A stretch of 64,000 nt of DNA from an uncultured Verrucomicrobiae bacterium (GCA_963813025.1 CAWEXO010000001.1:96001-160000); one strand, 5' to 3'. Shown: positions 47,540 through 57,378, counted from the stretch's first letter. Notes: generated by a model not told the origin, from the letters alone. A program made the numbers and translations.

Positions 47540-48208
47540 CTATATTGCGCAAGCAATCGAAATGTCCGTTTGCGAGACCTTCTTGTACCATTCCCGCGAT
47601 TTCCGAACAATCGCTGCTTCCATGCGCTGGTCCAGTGGCACACGATGTTTTCGGACACTGCAACCACACTGAAAAAGGGTGTCCTCAAGCGTCTTCGCTT
47701 CCTCGAGCAAGGCCTCCGGATCTTTTTCTCCCGTAAAGAGAAGTACAGGATAACACGGAAGGGCAGGGAGCGGTTTGGGCCGAAAAGGATTGCATGGACG
47801 AATCAGGATCGCGCCCCCAAGAAGCTCCGAATGGACAAACAGCAGGGCAGCAGCCAACGTGGCCCCTTCGCCCAGACCGAGACAAAGCAGGCGTTGCGGG
47901 TTGATCCCATACTCCGGCGCGGCCCAGTCCAGGAAACGCGAGATATGTGTGCCGCGATCCAGGAAAAGCGTCTCAGTCAGTTCGGGATCAGCGGAGAGGA
48001 ACGAAAATCCTCCGGGCCGCGGATACCATCCGCGGAGAGAGAGAATACCGTCGCCCGAATCCCCGACAATCCCCTGGGCCATGGACATGAGCTGGCTTTC
48101 GTCCGCGCCAGAATCGTGCAAAAGCAAAAGACCGGGCCGCGGCTCCGCGCCTCGTTCTCCAGCGAACAAATGTGCGCAGGTGTTGCCCTCTTTCTTTGTA
48201 AAGTCCAT
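47540..48208 (-). CDS. Phospholipase/carboxylesterase-like alpha/beta hydrolase, catalytic motif degenerate
   Basis: LLLLHDSG, LSLRG, YGINPQR, TGEKDP. The nucleophile elbow reads GLGEG, with no Ser. Confidence 0.65.
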   Translation of the reverse strand: MDFTKKEGNTCAHLFAGERGAEPRPGLLLLHDSGADESQLMSMAQGIVGDSGDGILSLRGWYPRPGGFSFLSADPELTETLFLDRGTHISRFLDWAAPEYGINPQRLLCLGLGEGATLAAALLFVHSELLGGAILIRPCNPFRPKPLPALPCYPVLLFTGEKDPEALLEEAKTLEDTLFQCGCSVRKHRVPLDQRMEAAIVRKSREWYKKVSQTDISIACAI

Positions 48209-48350
48209 AGGCCGGAATGTAACCTGACCTGTAACACTTGCGGGATGCCAAAAGCAAATCGGGTGCTCCCAACTGCTCCCCCCTTCGCCCTCGCTTCGCT
48301 CGGAGCTACGGCGGGCAGGGAAGCCGCGTAAAGTACGGACGAGACTGGGC

Positions 48351-48661
48351 CTGTCGGACTTTGGAAATCTGTAAGTACGCCATTCAAGCGATTGGTCGCG
48401 CGAGGTTCTAGAGATCGTCCCAGAATGCCCCCTGTCCTGCGTCGGTAGGGCGAAAAATTATTCGAGCCCCAGGCGAGAACTTGTTTGAGCATCTGGAGCG
48501 GGTGGCTCACCCAAGCGTCCGGCTCAAACAAGTTCTCGCTAAGGCTCGAATAAATTTTCGCCCTACCGCCACAGGACCAAAGACGCCTTGGGACATCCCT
48601 CGAACCTCTCTTCCGAACCATAGCTCGATGGCGCGTGCTACAGATTTCCAAAGTCCGACAG
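48351..48661. mobile_element. Nested MITE/REPIN-like element, copy 2
   Basis: Perfect 23-bp TIR CTGTCGGACTTTGGAAATCTGTA; inner GTAG cassette at 48443-48568. Confidence 0.85.
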
Positions 48662-48812
48662 ACGCGAGGTTGTCCAGCCTGCGCCGAAGCTTTTTGCTGG
48701 CGAAGCGCGCGCCGTAGCCTTGCGGAGGTAGCCTATTCATCCAGATCGAGACGTGATCCAACACGCAAGAGGTCAAGCAGCGCCGGCCAAGGTACGGACG
48801 AGGCCGTCCGCC

Positions 48813-49823
48813 CTACTTCTTTTCGCGCAAGGCTGTTGTTTCCGCCGGCCGAAGCAGTTTCCACGCGTCAGTGAACATGTTCTTCGGAAAACCCAGGGCT
48901 CTGGTCAGCTGGTATTTTTTCTGCAGCGGATTCTTCTGGCGCCTGATCGAGTGAAACTCATCGGCGGAAATCCAGCGGCACAACCATGCCCAGACCGCGG
49001 TAGCCAGGACCGGATAATCGCTGCCATAAAAAACGCGGCGCGGATCGTCCCGCAATCGAGCGAGAGTGTTCAAGTGGGTTGGTTGGGAGAGCGCTGAAAG
49101 ATCGCCGTAAAAATTTGGGTAGCGCTCTCGAAGTTGGGCAAACTCCGGCCAATAGTCACGATCCCAAGGCATTGCCGGACTGCCGCAATGCGCCGCGATA
49201 ACGTTCATGCCGGCTGCCAACGGACCAATTAGACAGGCGGGATTCTCGAGATCCCGCCGGTAGGTCGTCAGCGAAAATTCGCCTCCGGTGTGCGCCAGCA
49301 ACGGCAAACCCAGCTCGGCCGCGCGCTGCCAGAACCGGCAGGAGCGCGGCTCACCCGGATCAATCATTTGCACCGATGGCAGGATCTTCAGCAACACCGC
49401 TCCACCCTCCGCACAGCGCTCAAGCTCGTCCAGCGCATCGGGACGCGAGGGATGGATCGAGACCCCGGCAAGCAACTCCGGATTCTCGGCCGCAACCTTC
49501 AGCACGTAGTCATTGGGGACAAAAAGGGTGGACAAATCCGGGCGCGCCTTGCCCTGCTCATCGTGAACATCATCACACGCGAGAATCACAGCGGAAGACA
49601 GCGAAGAGTCGCGGATCCAATGCAGCAAAGCATCAACGTACGCCTGGTCGAACGCACGCGAGTCCAGGGCCATGTCCAACCCGATACTTCGCGCAATCAG
49701 ACCGGCGAACGGTTTGAACCACAAGCGCCCTTGGAAACGGCATCCCGACCCTTGCAAACCGTTGCCAACCAAATGCACATGCAGGTCAAGTATCCTTTGT
49801 TCCGCCACTGGTTCACCGGTCAT
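48813..49823 (-). CDS. Amidohydrolase family protein (Amidohydro_2)
   Basis: DLHVH, AHTG, AAHCG, YGSDYP. Confidence 0.88.
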   Translation of the reverse strand: MTGEPVAEQRILDLHVHLVGNGLQGSGCRFQGRLWFKPFAGLIARSIGLDMALDSRAFDQAYVDALLHWIRDSSLSSAVILACDDVHDEQGKARPDLSTLFVPNDYVLKVAAENPELLAGVSIHPSRPDALDELERCAEGGAVLLKILPSVQMIDPGEPRSCRFWQRAAELGLPLLAHTGGEFSLTTYRRDLENPACLIGPLAAGMNVIAAHCGSPAMPWDRDYWPEFAQLRERYPNFYGDLSALSQPTHLNTLARLRDDPRRVFYGSDYPVLATAVWAWLCRWISADEFHSIRRQKNPLQKKYQLTRALGFPKNMFTDAWKLLRPAETTALREKK

Positions 49824-49983
49824 ATTTCACGCCCCGCCCGCGCGGTCCGAGCCGGACTGGCAGCAGGAGGAAGCATATCTGAAGCGATGCGTGACCGACG
49901 AGCAACGCCGCCGCTGGCCCATTTTCAACGCAACCTTTTGGACCGCGGCGACGTCATCCGTATGTGCGAGACGGTGCACTAGC

Positions 49984-50328
49984 TCAACGGTGTGATCCGC
50001 CGCGACCACCACCGCCACGCGGGCCGCCTCCGCCGAACCCGTGAAAGCTGCCGCGATTTCCTCCTTCGTGAGCCGCGAAATGGCGAACACCGAAGCTATG
50101 CGGATAGAAATGGTGGTACCCGAAATGACTCGGATAGCGATTGTTATTGATCACCAGATCCGCGCCATAGTAGGAACCGTAGTCAGGATAGTACGGACCG
50201 TACCCTCCCAGATAGGGGCCGGCGTAGGCGCCACCAACATACGCGCCGCCTACCGAGTAATCACCCTCGCACCCGGTAAAAAGCAAAGCTGCTGACGCAG
50301 CTGCCGCAAAGAGGAGCCTCGTTTTCAT
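49984..50328 (-). CDS. Gly/Tyr-rich lipoprotein
   Basis: Lipobox LFTGC after a hydrophobic leader, with a low-complexity GY/GG body. Confidence 0.7.
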   Translation of the reverse strand: MKTRLLFAAAASAALLFTGCEGDYSVGGAYVGGAYAGPYLGGYGPYYPDYGSYYGADLVINNNRYPSHFGYHHFYPHSFGVRHFAAHEGGNRGSFHGFGGGGPRGGGGRGGSHR

Positions 50329-50355
50329 GAAATCTGTTAACTTGTGGGGAGGCTT

Positions 50356-50886
50356 CTATCGCCGGCTCATACGAAAATTAGTCGCTTGGTCAAAAGCCTG
50401 CTTCTCTTGGGGCGTTAGTTCGGTGTAATGCGCCCGGAGCGTGTAACCGCCGACTAAGACTCCATCTCGGACATACATCCAATCGGAGATTTCATTCGGA
50501 TTAACCGAAACGAGATCTCCCATTTTCAGCCGGGTTATCTTTCGCGGTTGGTTATCAAGCCGTCCCTGAAACCGATTGCCCACAAACCGCACATCGGTCA
50601 GCCAGATATGCTCGACCTGGCCGTTTTCATAGCATGGCTTTTTCACGGCAAAATCAGTGTCAGTCGCGGTCGGATGCTGCAGCGCGGCAATGAACTTCCC
50701 GACGCTTCGCCGTGCCCGAATCACGGCTTGATGCATTGCCGCGTGGTCTGCCGGGACCTGAAACATCGGTGTTGTTCCCTTTTCCGCCTCCGCGGATTCC
50801 CCGACTAGATTTGTGGCAGAAAGAGAGCCAGCACCGGCGAGCGTCAAGCCGATCGTCACGATCGACATATTAAAGAACCTTCTCAT
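50356..50886 (-). CDS. DUF2314 / YegJ-like secreted protein
   Basis: Signal peptide MRRFF..., AM..A..RAR.SV..F, EHIWL, G.LDNQP, ISDWM, GGYT. Confidence 0.8.
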   Translation of the reverse strand: MRRFFNMSIVTIGLTLAGAGSLSATNLVGESAEAEKGTTPMFQVPADHAAMHQAVIRARRSVGKFIAALQHPTATDTDFAVKKPCYENGQVEHIWLTDVRFVGNRFQGRLDNQPRKITRLKMGDLVSVNPNEISDWMYVRDGVLVGGYTLRAHYTELTPQEKQAFDQATNFRMSRR

Positions 50887-50928
50887 ATCAGAGAATAGTT
50901 CCATCCATGCCGCTCGCAATCGGGGATT
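50878..50928 (-). promoter_or_regulatory. Putative promoter TTGCGA-N16-TATTCT, copy A
   Basis: The ATG lies 5 nt after the -10 box; the block is repeated at 52079-52130. Confidence 0.55.
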
Positions 50929-51026
50929 CACCGCGTGATCGATACTATGGGCGACGAGTCTTCGCCGACGGGAGAGAAAGGAAGGGGAGTTCACCGCGTT
51001 GAGGCGCGGACATTGCTGTCGCACAT

Positions 51027-51986
51027 TCATTCGATTGGCACAGGTGGCCTCAGTCGCGTTTCGTCCAGAGATTCGACGTCCCAGTGAGCAAGGGCCGCTG
51101 CTGCGTCGTAAGCAGTCTGAGCGAACTGAAGGATCGCTTCGTCAGGTGACGGCGCCGCGCGCACCACCTCGTATGGAAGGAGAAACTCGCGGAGCTGAGT
51201 GGAGTAGAATGCGCCGTCAGGTCGGATCGTTTGTACACCAAAATCTTTCGGTTCCGGATACGCATACGAATAGAATGCTGCCGGATTTGCTGCGTCACCG
51301 GGCCAAAAGCCGACGCTGCTCAATTCCTGTGCGTAGCCTTCGCGCACAACCGCATCGGGCAGGTGCGGAACACCGCCGGGATGCGGAGGCGCTTGCCGCC
51401 CTGAGAACCGCGTCACCGCGAGATCGAAACTCCCCCAGAAGAAATGCACCGGACTGCATTTCCCACAGAAACGCGATCGGAAACGTTTGAACACGCGATC
51501 AGCCTGAACAAGCACCCGCCAGAAACGGTTTGAGTATTCGCGATCGTAGGAGTGATGTGTTTCGTCCTGGTCGAACGGAATCACCTCAGGAATCTCGTTC
51601 GGCACCCGGTTAATACTCACCGGGAGCCCGAGCGCATCGAGTTCGCGCATTAAGGAGTTGTAGAAGAAAGCGACTGAGTGAGGGCCCAGTTCGATCTCGC
51701 GGCGACTGCCGTCGCTGATTAAGATGCGCAATTGGTGATCGATGAAGTCGAATTCGATTTCGAACGTGCGCAAGCCATGCGGAATCGGCGAAGTCGTTAG
51801 TCCGCGCGACGTCACGTAAAGCGTGACACCCCAGGAATGATTAATCCACGACGAGAGGGCGAGTCGAACCTTGCCGACTATCTGTGTCCACAGGCGCAGT
51901 GTTTGCGCCGTGTCCTGCCAATCCTGATAAGGCAATGGCGGCCAGAAGCGATCGCGCTCGGCTGGTGTCAGTTCGCCAGTTTTCAT
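51027..51986 (-). CDS. DUF5996 family protein
   Basis: WTQIVGKVRL, NHSWGV, SPVHFFWGSFDLAVTRFSG, GFWPG, FYSYAYPEP. Confidence 0.85.
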   Translation of the reverse strand: MKTGELTPAERDRFWPPLPYQDWQDTAQTLRLWTQIVGKVRLALSSWINHSWGVTLYVTSRGLTTSPIPHGLRTFEIEFDFIDHQLRILISDGSRREIELGPHSVAFFYNSLMRELDALGLPVSINRVPNEIPEVIPFDQDETHHSYDREYSNRFWRVLVQADRVFKRFRSRFCGKCSPVHFFWGSFDLAVTRFSGRQAPPHPGGVPHLPDAVVREGYAQELSSVGFWPGDAANPAAFYSYAYPEPKDFGVQTIRPDGAFYSTQLREFLLPYEVVRAAPSPDEAILQFAQTAYDAAAALAHWDVESLDETRLRPPVPIE

Positions 51987-52087
51987 CGTTGCACCGCCTG
52001 CACCCCAGGACCGCGCTGTAAAAGGTAAGCGAAGGCGGAGCGGGTGAAACCGACCGCCACGATCAAGATACCAAAAAACCTTCTCAT
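51983..52087 (-). CDS. 34-aa upstream ORF, paralog of the DUF2314 signal peptide
   Basis: MRRFFGILIVAVGFTRSAFAYLLQRGPGVQAVQR*; its stop overlaps the DUF5996 ATG (ATGA). Confidence 0.45.
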   Translation of the reverse strand: MRRFFGILIVAVGFTRSAFAYLLQRGPGVQAVQR

Positions 52088-52130
52088 TTTGGAGAATAGT
52101 TCCATCCACGCCGCTCGCAATCGGGGGATT
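52079..52130 (-). promoter_or_regulatory. Putative promoter TTGCGA-N16-TATTCT, copy B
   Basis: Direct repeat of 50878-50928. Confidence 0.55.
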
Positions 52131-52219
52131 TAACGATTGTTAACAATATCTCTGGGGGTAAGATTCGAGCCGCTTTCTGAGCGGCGTTAAGGACGAGGAG
52201 CGACGGAGTGCAACAGTTG

Positions 52220-52278
52220 CGGTAGGATGAGCTCCTGTTAGGTGGGCATGGACTTCTCTCGGTAGGGATGAGCTCCCG
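52220..52278 (+). repeat. GTAG REP tandem, left part (interrupted by IS481)
   Basis: GGTAGGATGAGCTCC...GGGCATGGACTTCT...GGTAGGGATGAGCTCCCG; continues at 53888. Confidence 0.8.
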
Positions 52279-53887
52279 TGTTCTGACCGGATAGATCGCT
52301 GACACCCGTTCGGATACATCGCTGACAGGTGGGTAACAGATTTATCGAATGCTGGGATAAGAAGTCAATGGCCTTGTTGGCTGCGGTTTTTGCGCGTTTG
52401 AGGTGACTAGCCGAGGGCGTCCAGACTTATCCATAATCGCCCCGGACCGGTGTGCTGCGAGAATGCCTGGTACAGGTCCACTACGTCGCAGCAGCGCACC
52501 GGTCCGGAAAAAGGCGATTGTGGATAAGTCGCATCTTGAAGCCGGACTTCTGCGAAGCCCAAGGGCTGTCTTTTTGCCTTTTTGGCTCATCTTTTTGCGG
52601 TGCCTGCCCCCCGGGCTGTCGCAGGATTCATTTGCCGGCAAAGCGGCCACCGATTGGAGTCGGTTTGGGAGAGTTCTTTTAGATCCAGCCGGCCAACTTT
52701 TTTCCAACCCAAAAATAGATCCCAACAATCCTCTTGCCCGCTGGGGCGAAAGGCGAGCTGCAGTCCGGCAAAAGCTTGGCCGGCATAGAGCAGATGGCCC
52801 TTGAACTTAATCTCTCCTTTCGTGCGCACTTTTCGCACCTGGTCCTGGCTGAGGGATTCCAGGGCGGGCAGCTCTTGAGGCATCCCTCGGCAGGCTGGGT
52901 TGATAGCGGCTGGCCGGTACGGCCAATTGCAGGGCTTCGTGGGGCCGTTGGGTGTTGTAACAATCCCGGAAGGCGCTGAAGCGCTTTTGACACTGTTCCA
53001 GCTCAGGCCAAGCGGTGCTTTGATTGAGCACCTCGGTTTGCAGAGTGCCGTGAAAACCTTCGGCTTTGCCTTGGGTCTGGGGGGTGATAGACCCGGCCAT
53101 GAATGACTTCGACCCCTAGCCGCAACAGCCAGACACTGAATTCCGTATAGGGACAGGCGCTCTCGGCGCTGCCCCAAGGCGAGCCGTTGTCGCACAAGAT
53201 CCGCTGGGGCAACCCATAACGGCCAAAAACCTCTCTCAGCCGCTCTTTGACCCTCTGGTTGCGCTGATTGGCACAGGCTTCGACCGCCAACCAGAAGCGG
53301 GAATGATCATCTAAAAGGGTCAACACCTCACAGCGTCCGGCATTGCTCAGCTGCAACGGGCCCTTAAAATCCATTTGCCACAGTTCATTGGGCGCCTCGT
53401 ACTCAAAACGCTGCCAGGGCCCTTTTTGCTCGGCTTGGCGCAGTTGTCCCGGCCGACGCAAAATCTCGGTGATGGTGCTAGCCGCCGGCGCCGCACCCAA
53501 GCCAAGGTTTTCCAGGCGCCGTTTGAGCTTGCGTTCCCCAGCTGGGCTGTCGGCCCCTCAGTTCCAGGATCCATTTTTCCATCTCTGGGCTGGTCTGCTC
53601 AGGATGATTGCGCGGACGGCGCGATTTTTCTTCCAACCCCAGCTCGCCCTGTTCTTGGTAGGCCCGCCACCATTTATAGCCGCATTCGGCGCTAATGCCA
53701 AAACGCCGGCATAAAGCTCTTCGATCGCTTCCGGCTTGCTCAAAAAGCAGCACAAATTCTTTTTTCATCGCGAACAATTCCTTGACCTGCCAGGGCATAA
53801 GCCTCCCTCCCTAGCAGACCCTTTTTCTTAGGCCAATGTGTCAGCGATGTTTCCGAACAGGTGTCAGCGATCTATCCGGTCTGCGCA
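52279..53887 (-). mobile_element. IS481-family element with a 6-bp TSD (CTCCCG)
   Basis: TIRs TGTTCTGACCGGATAGATCGCTGACA and TGTCAGCGATCTATCCGGTCTGCGCA, each with two ATCGCTGACA boxes; CTCCCG at 52273-52278 and 53888-53893. Confidence 0.88.
52587..53798 (-). pseudogene. IS481-family transposase, multiply frameshifted
   Basis: MPWQ...LCRRFGIS..GYKW, PNELWQMDFKG, LDDHSRF, DNGSPWG, PQTQGKAE and YNTQRPHEAL spread over several frames. Confidence 0.88.
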
Positions 53888-54020
53888 CTCCCGTTCGGGG
53901 GCATGGACTTCTGCTCGGTAGGGATGAGCTCCTGCTCGTCCAGATCGACACGTGATCCACTAAGGAGGTCAAGCAGGAGCTTGTCCCTGCCGACCTTGAG
54001 TGTTACGAGGCAACTGTTCC
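53888..54020. repeat. GTAG REPIN, right part
   Basis: GTAGGGATGAGCTCCTGCTCGTCC...GGTCAAGCAGGAGCTTGTCCCTGC; reverse-oriented homolog of 333-440. Confidence 0.85.
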
Positions 54021-55455
54021 GAGGTCCGTGCCAATTCGTTGGGAGTTATAACCGAATTTTGTGGATGAGGAGATAAAGAAAGGCGCATCCTTTCAGCAAG
54101 AAAAAGAAACGATGGCGGTCTCACTCGAGGGCGCCAAAAAAGAAAGGATGCACCAGTGCCAGAGAATAAAGTGGTCTCGCTCGATGAGCGAGCAAAAGAT
54201 GAAGAGAAGCCATTCCTGGAGCAGTTGCTGCAGGAAGGAGCCAGGAAGCTGTTACAGGCGGCAATCGAGAATGAGGTGATCGACTATATCCAATTCCACA
54301 AGGATCGACGGGATGAGAATGGACAGCGGTTGGTGGTACGCAATGGACACCTGCCGGAGCGGGAAGTGGTTAGTGGAGTCGGTCCGATCCGGGTTCGTCA
54401 GCCACGGATCCGGCATCGTGACAGGGGTCGCTTTTCCAGTGCGATTCTGCCCAAGTACATGCGTCGGGCTCGAGAGCGTCGATGCACTGATTCCAGCCCT
54501 TTACCTGAAAGGGATCTCGACTGGAGATTTCAGTGAAGCGTTGGCAGCGATTTTGGGCGAAGGAGCCAGTGGACTATCAGCAACCAATATCGTCCGGTTG
54601 AAGGCCGGGTGGGAAAGCGACTATAAGGCGTGGACTCAGCGCGACTTAAGTCAGAAGCGTTACGTTTACTGGTGGGCCGACGGAGTTTATTTCAACGTCC
54701 GGCTCGATGAGGAACGAACCTGCGTGCTGATCTTGATTGGAGCTACCGAGGATGGCACCAAGGAACTCTTAGCGGTTGTCGATGGGTATCGGGAAAGCAC
54801 CCAATCCTGGCGCGAACTGCTTGGGCAGCTCAAACGCTTGGGTCTGTCTAGCGCACCGAAGCTGGCCATCGGTGATGGTTCGCTTGGCTTTTGGATCGCT
54901 CTCCAGGAAGAATATGGCCAAATCGCCCAACAGCGCTGCTGGGTACACAAAACGGCTAACATCCTGGATAAAATGCCTAAGAGCGTTCAGGGCAAGGCCA
55001 AGCAACTGATCCATGAAATGTACCTGGCGGCGACCCGCAAAGCAGCTCTGGCCGCCTACGATCAGTTCATCTCCAGTTACCGGGCTAAATTCCCTCAAGC
55101 CTGCGAGTGCCTGCAGAAAGATCAAGAAGTCCTGTTTACCTTTTATGACTTTCCGGCTCAACATTGGCCGCATTTACGGACCACCAACCCCATCGAATCC
55201 ACCTTCGCTACCGTTCGGCTGCGAACTCATCGAACCAAGGGTTCCGGTTCACGAATCGCAACCCTGACCATGGTCTTTAAACTCGGCCTGGAAGCCCAAA
55301 AGCACTGGCGTCGGCTTCAGGGCTTCGAACTGATTCCAAAGGTAGTCACCGGTGTCCGATTCGTCGATGGCGAAGAACAAGCTCAACAGGCCGCCTAACC
55401 AAGTTATTTTAAAAGGATGCGCCCATCCCCGATACACAACTTTTGACAATATCTC
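54021..55455 (+). mobile_element. IS256-family element
   Basis: Imperfect ends GAGGTCCGTGCCAATTCGTTG and CAACTTTTGACAATATCTC around the transposase; no clear TSD. Confidence 0.7.
54156..55398 (+). pseudogene. IS256-family (Mutator) transposase, frameshift near 54470
   Basis: VVRNGHLPER, LYLKGISTGD, YWWADGVY, IGDGSLGFW, QRCWVHK, RTTNPIES. Confidence 0.9.
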
Positions 55456-55476
55456 GATTCGTTGGGGCAGCACAGC

Positions 55477-57378
55477 CTAGGCAGATTTTCGAAACGCCTC
55501 GATCGCTTCGTACTCTGCCAAACCAAGCGCATCGTACATCTTGGCCGTGGCGCGATTGAGCATCTCCGCTTGCTGCCAGACCTCGCCCGACTGCTGTTCA
55601 GCAAACGGCGTTTGACTTCGTTGCGACCGATGATGGAAAAGGCAGTCAAGCTTGACCGTTAGCTCATCCGGGCTGAGCGGGACGGCCATATCGATCTCAT
55701 GCGGGGACCAGGGGCGCTCGGTCGAGGCGTAAAGCCAGAGCTGAGTTTCCCGTAACCAGGATTGCTTCCCCGCGCATTGCTGGAGCGCCTGGTTGATCAA
55801 ACCAAAAGAAAGCCCCGCCACGCTGTTGGGTTCAGCACCTGCGCCCGTGAGATAGATCTGGTGCGGCTGAATTTTCTGGCACAGCCCGGCAATAGCCGAC
55901 ACGTCCTCCGCTCCTGTACGAAACTGGCGATATCGACCCGTCTCATAGAATGGCAGGTCCAGAAAAAGCACTCTGGATAGTTGCAATCCAAGCAGCTGAC
56001 CAGAAGCGCGCGCCTCGGCTCGGCGAATCAGGCTTTTGAACTGCCTCAATTCGAAGCTGTCCTCGTCGTAGGCAGTCTTGTTCTCGATTTCATTCGCCAG
56101 CCGATCCAAGTGACTTTTCGTCGCTCCGGGTTGGCTGGGCTGAACGCCGGCTTCCGTGAAAAGGTTAATCGCCATCCTCGCTTCGTTATCCGGAACGCCC
56201 AGATTACCGGAGGTGAGGTAGGCAACGGTTACCTCATGACGATGCCGCACTAAACGATTCAACGTTCCGGCCATCCCCAGTTCGGCATCCAGCGGCTCCG
56301 GTCCAAAGACCAAGACTCGCTTTTGGGCCGGCTCCGCTGGTACGGGCCGGTTGGAGTCGTCGGCGTTTGGTTTCCCGCCAGGCCAGCCGGTAATCGTGTG
56401 CTGCAGCTCATTAAAGATCCGGATGTTTAAACTGTAGGCCGAGCCGGTCTCTACCAGCAGTGGCGCCAGGCCTGACTCCGTGAAATCCTCATCGCGCAGT
56501 CGCAGCACCGGTTTATGGCGATCCCCGGCCAGACCAACCACCGCGCGACGAATCAGGGGCGGGTTCCAATCAACCGGCCCCACTTTCCACGGCGCCCGAA
56601 AACGAGTAAGCTCCCCGGCCGCGACCCGATCGACAAAGCAAGCGCAATTCGGATGCCGCTGCAGATAGCTGGCGGGAACCGCATCGGTTTGCGGTCCCTC
56701 GATTGCCGTCCGCAGGATCCCGGCTTTCGATTCGCCCCACGCGAGCAGGATGATCCGGCGGGCGGTCAGGATAGTTCCGACGCCCATCGTAATCGCGTAG
56801 CTGGGCACATTCGCTTCACCGCGAAAATCGCGAGCCGCGTCTCGCCTGGTCAATCGATCCAGCGCCACCAGCCGGGTCCTGGAGTCCGCCCCTGAACCCG
56901 GCTCATTGAACCCGATATGACCAGTTCGTCCGATGCCAAGGATCTGCACATCAATGCCACCGGCCTCATGAATCTGCCGTTCGTACTCGGCGCAATACTC
57001 AAAGACGCGACTCCGATCAACCGTCCCATCAGGTACATGCGTGTTGTCCGGCGGCAGATCCACTTGTCCGAAGAGCTGTACCTCCATGAAATGCCGGTAG
57101 CTTTCCGGATGCGCCGCCGAAAGCCCGTAGTACTCATCCAAATTGAATGTAACGACGTTCCTGAAGGAAAGCCCCTCAGCGCGGTGGAGACGAATCAGTT
57201 CGCGATAAAGCTTAACGGGGGTAGACCCGGTGGCGAGACCTAGAACCGCCGTTCTGTTTTCCGATTGGCGTTGCCGGATCAATTGAGCGATTTCGCCGGC
57301 GACTTCGCGAACCGCGTCATCCGCACTTGGAAAAACGCGGGTATCGATTTTCTCGAATTGCTGAGCTTCAGCGGTCAT
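55477..57378 (-). CDS. nagB: Glucosamine-6-phosphate deaminase fused to a PIG-L-like domain
   Basis: LGLATGSTP, FNLDEY, GIGRTGHIGFNEPG, ITGWPGGKP, FLDLPFYETG. Confidence 0.92.
   Translation of the reverse strand: MTAEAQQFEKIDTRVFPSADDAVREVAGEIAQLIRQRQSENRTAVLGLATGSTPVKLYRELIRLHRAEGLSFRNVVTFNLDEYYGLSAAHPESYRHFMEVQLFGQVDLPPDNTHVPDGTVDRSRVFEYCAEYERQIHEAGGIDVQILGIGRTGHIGFNEPGSGADSRTRLVALDRLTRRDAARDFRGEANVPSYAITMGVGTILTARRIILLAWGESKAGILRTAIEGPQTDAVPASYLQRHPNCACFVDRVAAGELTRFRAPWKVGPVDWNPPLIRRAVVGLAGDRHKPVLRLRDEDFTESGLAPLLVETGSAYSLNIRIFNELQHTITGWPGGKPNADDSNRPVPAEPAQKRVLVFGPEPLDAELGMAGTLNRLVRHRHEVTVAYLTSGNLGVPDNEARMAINLFTEAGVQPSQPGATKSHLDRLANEIENKTAYDEDSFELRQFKSLIRRAEARASGQLLGLQLSRVLFLDLPFYETGRYRQFRTGAEDVSAIAGLCQKIQPHQIYLTGAGAEPNSVAGLSFGLINQALQQCAGKQSWLRETQLWLYASTERPWSPHEIDMAVPLSPDELTVKLDCLFHHRSQRSQTPFAEQQSGEVWQQAEMLNRATAKMYDALGLAEYEAIEAFRKSA

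Noticed and set aside
52220..54020. Regularly spaced GGTAGGGATGAGCTCC copies as CRISPR
   Set aside because: The intervening sequences resemble each other and the motif is dispersed across the window, so it is a REP array.
54011..55465. Target-site duplication for IS256
   Set aside because: The flanks (CAACTGTTCC and GATTCGTTGG) do not match, so the ends remain approximate.
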